Shown here: positions 1 to 7,314 of the stretch, one piece after another | Numbering within the stretch: position 1 is the first letter of the stretch | How the letters are laid out: every line of letters starts with the position of its first letter | Origin: a virus | Length of the DNA stretch: 42,850 bases | Virus record (IMG/VR): IMGVR_UViG_3300045988_041681 | Span: 1 to 42,850 of that record | Strand: one strand, 5' to 3' | The notes under the pieces: generated by a model | Database searches by the model: none | What the model was told of the DNA's origin: nothing | What the model saw: only the letters and a program-made list of their open reading frames with translations | Position numbers and translations under genes: made by a program

Positions 1-119
1 CCTTTTTTTCAAATTAATATCCTAGGTTTTTACTGGTCAATGTCCGGCAGAAATTCTCCGGTGTGTAATTCTTCCGCAACAATCCTGTACGCTTTTCGGA
101 TTGTGCTGGCTCTATTTAC
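1..119 (+). repeat. Direct terminal repeat, copy 1 (identical to 42732..42850)
   Basis: Read base by base: cctttttttcaaattaatatcctagg...ctctatttac occurs at both ends. Confidence 0.95.
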
Positions 120-284
120 CAGATACTCCCAACCCTGCACGTCTTTTTCTTTCCAGTCTCCCATGTACTCGGCTTTCACTTCTTCATCAAGATTAATAAA
201 ATCCATGATGTCTGTGTCGTGTCTGTTTTCAATTTCCTTCATGAGTTCATCCAACTTTTTGTAACATTTTCTTAATTCTTCCAT
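30..284 (-). CDS. Hypothetical protein, 84 aa
   Basis: Intact ORF downstream of the operator-promoter at 325-356. The antisense ORF 40..264 is low-complexity. Confidence 0.6.
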   Translation of the reverse strand: MEELRKCYKKLDELMKEIENRHDTDIMDFINLDEEVKAEYMGDWKEKDVQGWEYLVNRASTIRKAYRIVAEELHTGEFLPDIDQ

Positions 285-324
285 TTTCTTTTCCTCCGTG
301 TGTTGTGTTTTCCTTGTTTCTGAT

Positions 325-356
325 ATTATAATACACCATTTTTAGTGTAATGTCAA
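325..356 (-). promoter_or_regulatory. Promoter TTGACA-17-TATTAT(AAT) with palindromic operator TACAC-N8-GTGTA (332..349) in the spacer
   Basis: The minus strand reads TTGACAtTACACtaaaaatgGTGTATTATAATAT. The same architecture occurs at 718-749. Confidence 0.5.
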
Positions 357-384
357 TACCTTTTTGCATTATTTTTAAAGTATT

Positions 385-603
385 TTATTTTTCTGTATCT
401 TCTACATATTTAATTATGTTTCCCGGCTGCATATCCAATATATCGCATATCTTTTCGAGTGTTTTTATTCCTACCATTTCGCCTTTTCGCAATGATTGGA
501 TTGCGCTTTCTCCTACGATCTGCTCTTTTCTTAGCCGTGTCGTGTTGTATCCGCATTCTTTCAGCGTTTCTAATACATCAATTTTATATTTAAGCATCTG
601 CAC
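385..603 (-). CDS. Small XRE/Cro-type helix-turn-helix transcriptional regulator, 72 aa
   Basis: HTH-like segment GYNTTRLRKEQIVGESAIQSLRKG. GAGAGG RBS. Flanked by TACAC/GTGTA operator sites. Confidence 0.8.
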   Translation of the reverse strand: MQMLKYKIDVLETLKECGYNTTRLRKEQIVGESAIQSLRKGEMVGIKTLEKICDILDMQPGNIIKYVEDTEK

Positions 604-717
604 ACCTCTCTTTCGTATTTATTATATACCTGAGACATTTTTATTTCAATTAATTTTACACCAAAAAAATACACAATTATCGCTGATATTTTGCACTTAT
701 TTTGGTGTATTTGTATA

Positions 718-749
718 TTGATTTTACACTGTTTTTAGTGTATTATAAT
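718..749 (+). promoter_or_regulatory. Promoter TTGATT-17-TATTAT(AAT) with palindromic operator TACAC-N8-GTGTA (725..742) in the spacer
   Basis: TACACtgtttttaGTGTATTATAATAT read on the plus strand. It would drive 796..1679. Confidence 0.5.
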
Positions 750-795
750 ATTAACAAAGGAACAGGAAACAAGTTAAAAAAAAGAAAGTGAGGAT

Positions 796-1026
796 TTGAA
801 TATGACTGGAGCTATTAAAATCAACGGAACATATGGAGAGAAAATTGGAAATTTACAAGTATTCACTTATGAGGGTGCTGTTAATGCTTATAAAATTTTC
901 TGTGAACTCTTTAATCGTGACATGACAATGGAAGCGTCAGCGGTTATGAGTGATGCATCACTCGATATGCACAGGATCGGTTTTACTTGGGACGAGATCG
1001 AAGCGATTGAATTATCAGTATTATGA
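796..1026 (+). CDS. Hypothetical protein, 76 aa
   Basis: ORF preceded by AAGTGAGGA RBS. First gene of a small plus-strand operon. Confidence 0.6.
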   Translation: MNMTGAIKINGTYGEKIGNLQVFTYEGAVNAYKIFCELFNRDMTMEASAVMSDASLDMHRIGFTWDEIEAIELSVL

Positions 1027-1032
1027 GCCGAA

Positions 1033-1050
1033 ACGCTCCGTCTGGAGCGT
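1033..1050 (+). other. GC-rich stem-loop ACGCTCC-gtct-GGAGCGT just after a stop codon
   Basis: 7-bp perfect stem preceded by CGAAAC. No U-tract. Confidence 0.5.
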
Positions 1051-1103
1051 CCACCGTGGAATGGTCGCCCGGTGCTGATGATGGCAGACCAGAAAGGGAA
1101 AAC

Positions 1104-1319
1104 ATGAAAAATTTAAGTGAATGTAAAGAATATTATAAAGATTTATACATGGATTGTTTGGAAAATGATTCATTTGAAAAGAGCATTTTTGAAAGCACTG
1201 AAAAAGCTCGATATGAAACATTCTGCGAAACATTAAAATTTATCTATTGCGCAGATTTTGAAAACATTATGTCGAACTGGTCAAATGATGCATTGAAAGA
1301 ATTTTATTCAAGAAAGTAA
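1104..1319 (+). CDS. Hypothetical protein, 71 aa (start moved to internal ATG)
   Basis: ATG at 1104 follows AAAGGGA. The upstream part of track ORF 1023.. is the GC-rich hairpin region. Confidence 0.55.
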   Translation: MKNLSECKEYYKDLYMDCLENDSFEKSIFESTEKARYETFCETLKFIYCADFENIMSNWSNDALKEFYSRK

Positions 1320-1325
1320 GTCGAA

Positions 1326-1341
1326 ACCGCCGCCCGGCGGT
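1326..1341 (+). other. GC-rich stem-loop ACCGCC-gccc-GGCGGT just after a stop codon
   Basis: 6-bp stem preceded by CGAAAC, as at 1033. Confidence 0.5.
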
Positions 1342-1403
1342 CTGTAGGAACTGCCCCACCTGCACCGATGAGACAGGGCATAAACGAAAGGATGGTTGAT
1401 TTT

Positions 1404-1679
1404 ATGACTAAAGCAGAACTTATGAAAGAATTTAAAGAACTTGAAGAAGAAAAGCGAGTGCATATCGACGGCATTTACTGGAATAGTAAAAAAAGTGAGA
1501 TTGAAAACGCTATAGAATGCTTAAAATGTCCGGATGAATTGTTAGAAAAATATCTCATTGTTTTATCATTGAAATATGAAAACACCGGGCGGACGATCGC
1601 TAATAATGGAGATTTTAAATATCACAGCTACAATAGGCTTTATGTATTTAATACAGCACGTCAGATCTTAAGAAATTAG
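1404..1679 (+). CDS. Hypothetical protein, about 91 aa (start uncertain: 1368, 1392 or 1404)
   Basis: ORF is intact. AAAGGA lies 11 nt before the ATG at 1404. Confidence 0.55.
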   Translation: MTKAELMKEFKELEEEKRVHIDGIYWNSKKSEIENAIECLKCPDELLEKYLIVLSLKYENTGRTIANNGDFKYHSYNRLYVFNTARQILRN

Positions 1680-1699
1680 ACAACCGCCGCAGAGGATTA

Positions 1700-1728
1700 C
1701 CGCCGGATCACTGCCGGCGGCTTTTTTT
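1700..1728 (+). terminator. Rho-independent terminator
   Basis: CCGCCGG-atcactg-CCGGCGG followed by C TTTTTTT. Confidence 0.8.
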
Positions 1729-1792
1729 GTGTACGGATTTTTATTTTTATATCCAGCATCTGCCTTGCATATTTTTTCAATACAGCCATTTT

Positions 1793-1908
1793 TATGCGTG
1801 CGTGGTATTTTTATCCTATGCGTGATAAGAAATCCGTCTATGCGTGCGTTATGCGTGCATTTTAAATAATATGCGTGTTTCTATGCGTGAATCAAAGTAT
1901 TATGCGTA
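1793..1908 (+). repeat. Array of direct TATGCGTG repeats (6 perfect plus 1 degenerate). Further copies at 1984 (degenerate), 2087 and 2140.
   Basis: Perfect 8-mers start at 1793, 1817, 1839, 1850, 1870 and 1882, with TATGCGTA at 1901. All are on the same strand. Confidence 0.9.
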
Positions 1909-2125
1909 GCTGTCCGTTGCTTTCTTCTTCGTACAAGCTCCGGCTGTTGAGCATCCTTAATGCCATTTTCTTTTTTCTGTAAAAATGCGTGCGTGAAATC
2001 GGCATAATCCCATAGTGTGCTTCCATTTTGTCATATGAGATATTATTTAAAATTGATTCTGCTATTTTATCGCCCAGGTAATCGTCTATGCGTGTGCATA
2101 TCTCTATCGTTTCCTCTCTACTCAT
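1892..2125 (-). CDS. Small sigma-70 region-4-like / RinA-ArpU-like HTH protein, 77 aa
   Basis: C-terminal SYDKMEAHYGIMPISRTHFYRKKKMALRML resembles a region 4.2 HTH. GGGAGG RBS. Last gene of the early operon. Confidence 0.55.
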   Translation of the reverse strand: MSREETIEICTRIDDYLGDKIAESILNNISYDKMEAHYGIMPISRTHFYRKKKMALRMLNSRSLYEEESNGQLRIIL

Positions 2126-2270
2126 TTTAAAGACCTCCCTATGCGTGACACATAAGTTTCTTACAACATTATACCATATATCAGTTCATAAAAACACAAC
2201 ATATTATCGTATTCATGCAACATTATTATATTTTTATTCATTTAATCATTGTTCTTTGATATTTATTTTT

Positions 2271-2450
2271 TTACCGGTTCTTTCTTGGTTTTTTTAATAC
2301 TTTTCGGTATGATCTCCTTCTGCTAACAACCACTAATTCACTTTTATTTTCGTAAATTATTAGCCAGCTGTCCGGTATAAGTCCTCTCGACTTCAAAAAT
2401 ATTCTTTCCTGATTTGTCGGTTCTCTTCTTTTATATTCTCTTTTTAACAT
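2271..2450 (-). CDS. Hypothetical basic micro-protein, 59 aa
   Basis: Hand-translated MLKREYKRREPTNQ... Its ATG overlaps the upstream stop (ATGTTAA). Confidence 0.35.
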   Translation of the reverse strand: MLKREYKRREPTNQERIFLKSRGLIPDSWLIIYENKSELVVVSRRRSYRKVLKKPRKNR

Positions 2451-2608
2451 GTCTCCTCTCCTTTATTTTTCACTAACTGCTTGTCGTCAAACCATTTTAT
2501 CGTGCCACCGCCAAACTTTACTTCCGGCTGTATGATAATGCTTTTTCCTATATGTTTTACTTCACCGTTTTTTATTGCAGTGAAAAAATGCAATGTTGTT
2601 TTATCCAT
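2444..2608 (-). CDS. Hypothetical micro-protein, 54 aa
   Basis: Hand-translated MDKTTLHFFTAIKNGEV... with GGAGG RBS upstream. Confidence 0.35.
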   Translation of the reverse strand: MDKTTLHFFTAIKNGEVKHIGKSIIIQPEVKFGGGTIKWFDDKQLVKNKGEETC

Positions 2609-2647
2609 GTTTTCAATACCTCCGTTAAATTTCAGTTTAAGTGATTA

Positions 2648-2809
2648 TTAATAAAGTTCTATAGTATCTCCAATATGTCCGTCCTCAATTTCTCTTATAT
2701 GAACTTTCCCATCATTTTCAGCTTTCGCCTTATCATATAATTCACCAAGGATCCTATTCACTGATAATTCCTCAAGCTGTTCTCTGTTTCCGTGAATTCC
2801 ATTTTTCAT
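2648..2809 (-). CDS. Hypothetical micro-protein, 53 aa
   Basis: Hand-translated MKNGIHGNREQLEELSVN... with GGAGGATAC RBS. Confidence 0.35.
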   Translation of the reverse strand: MKNGIHGNREQLEELSVNRILGELYDKAKAENDGKVHIREIEDGHIGDTIELY

Positions 2810-2855
2810 TTTTTTGTATCCTCCATTAATTTCTAAGTTTCAACTATTTCCATTT

Positions 2856-3218
2856 TTAGTTATTTTCCTCAAAGTAGAAAACAACTGGCTTTTTGTTCGG
2901 AATTACCAGCCCAAACCTTACAGCATTCTTGTATGTAGTACTGTCACGCATCAGTGTATCAGGCATGGCTTCTACCATCTTTCTGAATCCTTCAAGTGTG
3001 GACCGACTCTTATAATGATTGCAGCTCCGGCAGGCAGGAAGCATGTTATCCACTGTGTCTGTTCCCTGCTCGCTCCATCCGTTCAATGGTATCACATGAT
3101 CAATCTGCATATCCTTGTATTCCAGACTGCATCCGCAATAAGCGCAATGTCCATCGCATTTCTGATATATTGTCATTCTAATGCTTTTTGGTATTGCCTT
3201 TCTCTTATTCACCATCAT
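2856..3218 (-). CDS. HNH endonuclease
   Basis: CAYCGC...DHVIPL...DNMLPACRSCNHYK is a typical HNH / zinc-finger motif set. Confidence 0.85.
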   Translation of the reverse strand: MMVNKRKAIPKSIRMTIYQKCDGHCAYCGCSLEYKDMQIDHVIPLNGWSEQGTDTVDNMLPACRSCNHYKSRSTLEGFRKMVEAMPDTLMRDSTTYKNAVRFGLVIPNKKPVVFYFEENN

Positions 3219-3231
3219 ATCTACCTCATGT

Positions 3232-3945
3232 TCAGTTTAAAGAAACAATATGACCATCCAAAACACAGTAACAAGATGGCTCTATCTCTTCCTGTTCTAT
3301 CCACGCTTTGACGGTTTCATCAATCATCCTCGCAAGTTCCAGTTCCTGTTCAACAGAAACTTCAAAATTTTCTGCTGCTTCCCCCACATCTTCAGACAGA
3401 TTTTCTTTGATGGAATCAATAATTTCTTCCTCGCAACTATCCCATCTAAATATCGGCTTTGTACATGTTCCGATGTAAATTTCACTCTCACCCGGATAGC
3501 TTTCTTTTGCATCTTCTAGTGCATCCTGTTCTGTGTCAAATTCCCCATAATAAAGTTCTCCGTCATTGCTATGACAATATTTACTCATGTTTATACCTCT
3601 CTTTGCATTTGATACTATCTCTTTTACCTTTTTCTCGTAAAATTCTTCCGAAATATACTGATCTCTATAAGTGAATTTGCTGTCTGTTAGAACAGCATAG
3701 GCTTCCGACCAAGACAGACCTCCTCTGGCTGCTAATCTGTCTAATGTCTGACCACAGTGATTTTTTAATGCCTGCTCTTCATGCGGTTTAATGATATCGT
3801 AGGGAATATATTCTTTGCCCTTTTTCGTCATAATCGGAAATTCTTTCATTTTGCTTATTTCCTCCAATTCTTCTGGACTATATTTTCGATAGCTGATTCC
3901 GTGATTCGTAAATCCGCCGGACTGAAATATAATAAGTTGTGACAT
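3232..3945 (-). CDS. Hypothetical protein, 237 aa, with acidic C-terminal half
   Basis: Long intact ORF. The motif QTLDRLAARGGLSWSEAYAVL is seen in many phage early proteins, but I cannot name the family. Confidence 0.6.
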   Translation of the reverse strand: MSQLIIFQSGGFTNHGISYRKYSPEELEEISKMKEFPIMTKKGKEYIPYDIIKPHEEQALKNHCGQTLDRLAARGGLSWSEAYAVLTDSKFTYRDQYISEEFYEKKVKEIVSNAKRGINMSKYCHSNDGELYYGEFDTEQDALEDAKESYPGESEIYIGTCTKPIFRWDSCEEEIIDSIKENLSEDVGEAAENFEVSVEQELELARMIDETVKAWIEQEEIEPSCYCVLDGHIVSLN

Positions 3946-3947
3946 GG

Positions 3948-4154
3948 TTAATCCTCGTATCTATCCATTTCTTCGTCAAAAAGTGCCTGCTGGATTTTCT
4001 CTTCCGTAAATGCTCTTTGATGTAACTTGGTACCACATTGCGTGCAAAAGAATGTCTTTTCTTCATAATCTCTGGAAATATTTTTCTTGCATACCGGGCA
4101 GTTACAACTGTGCGAATATGCATCATTGTTTATCGTTTCTTTGATATTTTTCAT
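3948..4154 (-). CDS. Zinc-ribbon protein, 68 aa
   Basis: CNCPVC...CTQCG four-cysteine ribbon. Confidence 0.55.
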   Translation of the reverse strand: MKNIKETINNDAYSHSCNCPVCKKNISRDYEEKTFFCTQCGTKLHQRAFTEEKIQQALFDEEMDRYED

Positions 4155-4242
4155 ATGTTTCTCCTTTTACATGAAAGTTCAGTTTAGACAGTTAAATATC
4201 CACCTAAATTGTCCATGCTCTTCCATCTGATTTTTTCGATTA

Positions 4243-4518
4243 CTAAAACATAGTATTCTTTATCAGGTTCAGCACCCCATTCTTTTCTTCCGGTTCTCTT
4301 TTCAAGTGACAGTCCGCAATAAATGCAGGAACTTTATAACCATATCCATTCGTGAATCGCACCTGTGTTTCTGCATAATCCAATGGAATATCGTCAACCA
4401 TGTTAAATATCTTGTTCAATCGTGTCGTGTAATATGGCTTGACATCTCTATATTCCTCTCTTTTTTCGCCTGTAAGAATCATATAGAACCATTTCTTTTT
4501 TATAGGCAATACCAACAT
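4243..4518 (-). CDS. ASCH / PUA-like domain protein, 91 aa
   Basis: N-terminus LPIKKKWFYMILTGEKREEYRDVKPYY is typical of phage ASCH proteins. Confidence 0.55.
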   Translation of the reverse strand: MLVLPIKKKWFYMILTGEKREEYRDVKPYYTTRLNKIFNMVDDIPLDYAETQVRFTNGYGYKVPAFIADCHLKREPEEKNGVLNLIKNTMF

Positions 4519-4538
4519 TTCACTACCTCCGCTAAAAT

Positions 4539-4757
4539 CTAATTTAACGGCTCATAAAATTCGCATTGAGCCATGTTTTCCTTTCCCACTACATCTACAA
4601 CATAATTATCTGGATCGAATATCTCTCCGACAAGAATTGTTTCTCTCGTACATCCATAGCACTTTTCTCCATTTTTATATTTATATTTTTTGCTGGCTCT
4701 TTTTGAACGATATTTACAATCTGTCATTGAGCATAAAACTATCGCCATGTCCGTCAC
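4539..4757 (-). CDS. Hypothetical Cys-containing protein, 72 aa
   Basis: Intact ORF containing CSMTDC...CYGC. Confidence 0.5.
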   Translation of the reverse strand: MTDMAIVLCSMTDCKYRSKRASKKYKYKNGEKCYGCTRETILVGEIFDPDNYVVDVVGKENMAQCEFYEPLN

Positions 4758-4778
4758 CTCACTAATTCAATTCTAATT

Positions 4779-4845
4779 TAACTCACATATCTTGTTTAAT
4801 TCTTGTTTTAACTCAATTCTAACTCGACTTAACTCGATTTAACTC
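4779..4845 (+). repeat. Phased TAACTC repeats (5 copies; the last four are spaced 11, 10 and 10 bp)
   Basis: TAACTC at 4779, 4809, 4820, 4830 and 4840, in the intergenic region between the methyltransferase gene and 4757. Confidence 0.8.
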
Positions 4846-4858
4846 AATTCTCCGTTAA

Positions 4859-5740
4859 TCATGGCATCACCCCCGGAATATCCTCAAAACTAATCTGATT
4901 ATCTCGTTCAAAGACAATCATCTCATTTTTGGCTCTCTGATAAAAGTTGCGATCAATCTCAAATCCGAATACACTTCTCCCGATCTCTGCGGCTGCTCTT
5001 AAGGTACTACCGCTACCACAGCAAGGATCAATAACAACATCACCGGGATCCGTAAAAATCTCTATCAGCTTTTTTAGCACCGCTACTGGTTTTTGTGCCG
5101 GATGGATTTTCGGAATATCTTTTCCGTCTTTCTCCCAACTGAACCAGTTAAAAATCATTTTCCCAGTGCCCCGAATCGTCTTACCGTTTTCGTCAAACTG
5201 TGCGCCATTTCTGAACTTCGGAAGTTTGTCTCGATAGAATACAAGTGCGTATTCAGTAGCACCAACCACGCGCATATTTGCCTTAAGCACCTGCGGACTA
5301 TAATTTTTCACAAATACAAGCGGTATGTAATGGATGAATCCATGTTTCCGGGCTGCATCAATCAGCGTAGGCATCTGTTCAAATGAGCAGAAAACGATCA
5401 TGCATGGTGCATCAGAACTTCTTCCTCTATTTCCTGCTTTCTTCGGTTCTTTCTTAAGCATCTTGCTGCAAAAATGGAAGTACTCATACAGATTAAAATT
5501 AAAATCTGAATTGAATGCTGCTTTTCCTGCAAGTTTGCTCTCTCCATTCTTATTGTCTCCACCGTTGTACCACATGGGATTGCTGCCGTAAAAGTTTTTA
5601 CCAACGTTGTACGGCACGTCTGCAATAATTAACTGTGCCGGTGGAATTGCATATTTTTTATAATTCTGCATTGAATCTCTGTAAATTTCACATTTTAATT
5701 TCTTCATTTTTCTCAAAGGAACCCGATATATCGTTACCAC
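4859..5740 (-). CDS. Site-specific DNA methyltransferase (N6-A or N4-C, beta class). Start uncertain: 5740 GTG or 5707 ATG.
   Basis: DVPY catalytic motif (IIADVPYNVG) near the N-terminus. AdoMet motif VIDPCCGSGST near the C-terminus. Confidence 0.85.
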   Translation of the reverse strand: MVTIYRVPLRKMKKLKCEIYRDSMQNYKKYAIPPAQLIIADVPYNVGKNFYGSNPMWYNGGDNKNGESKLAGKAAFNSDFNFNLYEYFHFCSKMLKKEPKKAGNRGRSSDAPCMIVFCSFEQMPTLIDAARKHGFIHYIPLVFVKNYSPQVLKANMRVVGATEYALVFYRDKLPKFRNGAQFDENGKTIRGTGKMIFNWFSWEKDGKDIPKIHPAQKPVAVLKKLIEIFTDPGDVVIDPCCGSGSTLRAAAEIGRSVFGFEIDRNFYQRAKNEMIVFERDNQISFEDIPGVMP

Positions 5741-5761
5741 GGCCGTAGGTTCGGCTCCTTT

Positions 5762-6976
5762 CTACATAAAATCTTCTAACCTCATTTGTCCTTTACAATT
5801 GCCACCGATCGTGGATGGATCCCAGCCAACTCCAATGTAGTCTAAGACTTTTGCCCATCCATAATCATTGCCATTTGCATCCTTGCACATGTGGAACATC
5901 AGATAGTCCCACTCTTTTGGGTTACTCTCATACAACAGATCAAACCGATGTGGTCGTTTCTCCATGTGAATCCCAAATCCACACATACTGCATCCGGTGC
6001 GCTGCGCCTTTGTCGTGTACAATGTACCGTCTGGCTTTTTCTCAATAGTTCCATAAATCTCTGGAATGATGCTGTCAGGCATTTCAAAACTTTGAGATAA
6101 TCTTCCTTCTTTCAAAAGTCTTTCATGATATTTTTCTTTCAGTCCACCTTTCCACATCTGATCCATCTCTAAGGCAAGCGCTAAAATATCCTGTCGATGG
6201 AATATAGCAAATGGTGCTGATCTGATCGTGGATGCTCCAAAATAATTGCAACCATTCATCCGCAGGCTCTTGGCACGTCTGCCACCTTCGGATGCCATCA
6301 GCCCCAGATACGGCACGCTGTTATGCTCTTTTCCCCAATCATCACAGTTCTTTTCTTTGAGGTAATAGCAGCATTTAGCAGATACAAGGAAATCGGGCTT
6401 CTGATAATCACACCCTTCATTTTCGTTTTCATATCCACCGAACAGCTTTAACCATCGTTGATTTAACTGCATTTTTGAGTTTTTCTGCCATCCACCATAT
6501 TCTCCAGTTTCTCCGGTTATAATCGCATGACGGACTGTCTTATTCTTCTCGCTCGGATTTTGTAAAAGTTCTATCTTTCCGGCAATCTCTTTTGAAATGA
6601 CCGGAAAACCAAATTCCTGTATGACCTTTTGTTTCGTCCAATAAGTACCATCATCCCTTTTCAGCGGTGGCACATTGATAATTCCAAGAGCTTTATGTAC
6701 CCTCTGTATACTCTTGTCTTCCAGTGTAGATGCACTGACTCCTGGTGCGTCAATTCCGCATACCTCATGTAAAAACAAATATAGAACTATACTGTCAAGT
6801 CCACCAACCGAAACATGGTAATTGAGTAATCTTCCGTCACATTCATTTGCGAACTCTTCTGCTCTGATCTGTGCATATTTTCTTTTATATTCATATGGCT
6901 GCTTTTCTTTCTGCATAAATGATGCAATCTTCTCATATGCTCCGATCCGCTCCATTCTTTCTTTTACTGATTCCAT
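5762..6976 (-). CDS. PAPS-reductase-like / PP-loop ATP-pyrophosphatase family protein (DndC/IbrA-like)
   Basis: 404 aa. HVSVGGLDS PP-loop-like motif and C-terminal CSMCGFG. Families of this kind commonly accompany phage methyltransferase or ParB genes. Confidence 0.65.
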   Translation of the reverse strand: MESVKERMERIGAYEKIASFMQKEKQPYEYKRKYAQIRAEEFANECDGRLLNYHVSVGGLDSIVLYLFLHEVCGIDAPGVSASTLEDKSIQRVHKALGIINVPPLKRDDGTYWTKQKVIQEFGFPVISKEIAGKIELLQNPSEKNKTVRHAIITGETGEYGGWQKNSKMQLNQRWLKLFGGYENENEGCDYQKPDFLVSAKCCYYLKEKNCDDWGKEHNSVPYLGLMASEGGRRAKSLRMNGCNYFGASTIRSAPFAIFHRQDILALALEMDQMWKGGLKEKYHERLLKEGRLSQSFEMPDSIIPEIYGTIEKKPDGTLYTTKAQRTGCSMCGFGIHMEKRPHRFDLLYESNPKEWDYLMFHMCKDANGNDYGWAKVLDYIGVGWDPSTIGGNCKGQMRLEDFM

Positions 6977-7035
6977 TTTTTCTCGGAGTAAAGAGCTCTT
7001 TCACGCTGGCCAGCAAACCTCTCACTCCTTTCAAT

Positions 7036-7314
7036 TTAGTTTAAAATTTCATCCAAGCAGGCATTCCAACCTACGCTCTTTGCATCTGTCCAAAAGTTAC
7101 TTATGTAGTGATTTTTGTTATGATTAATTTCTCTTTTCTCCGGCAGTTCCCGGAGCGGACACCAATCTGGCTTTCCAACGTTATATGCATCTACTTGTGT
7201 CACACCACATATTAAATTTAATATTGGATTATCTCTTTCGAAAAAGCTACAAGGACAATCAGCACAGCATTCCGGCATATCGTCCATTATCAATATTGCT
7301 TTAGGCATATTCAC
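7036..7314 (-). CDS. Hypothetical Cys-rich protein, 92 aa
   Basis: Intact ORF containing CCADCPC. Confidence 0.55.
   Translation of the reverse strand: MNMPKAILIMDDMPECCADCPCSFFERDNPILNLICGVTQVDAYNVGKPDWCPLRELPEKREINHNKNHYISNFWTDAKSVGWNACLDEILN

Noticed and set aside
40-721. Plus-strand ORFs 40..264 and 350..721, and similar antisense ORFs elsewhere (for example 2814..3311, 8675..9196, 22407..22874, 37863..38240, 39175..39603 and 39946..40341)
   Set aside because: They are shadow ORFs opposite motif-bearing minus-strand genes. Their translations are low-complexity (S/F/L/C-rich) and they lack RBSs.
1793-1908. CRISPR array as an explanation for the TATGCGTG repeats (also considered for the 4779-4845 and 11918-12000 repeats)
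   Set aside because: The repeat units are only 6-10 bp long with 2-16 bp between copies. That is far below CRISPR repeat and spacer sizes, and no cas genes are present.
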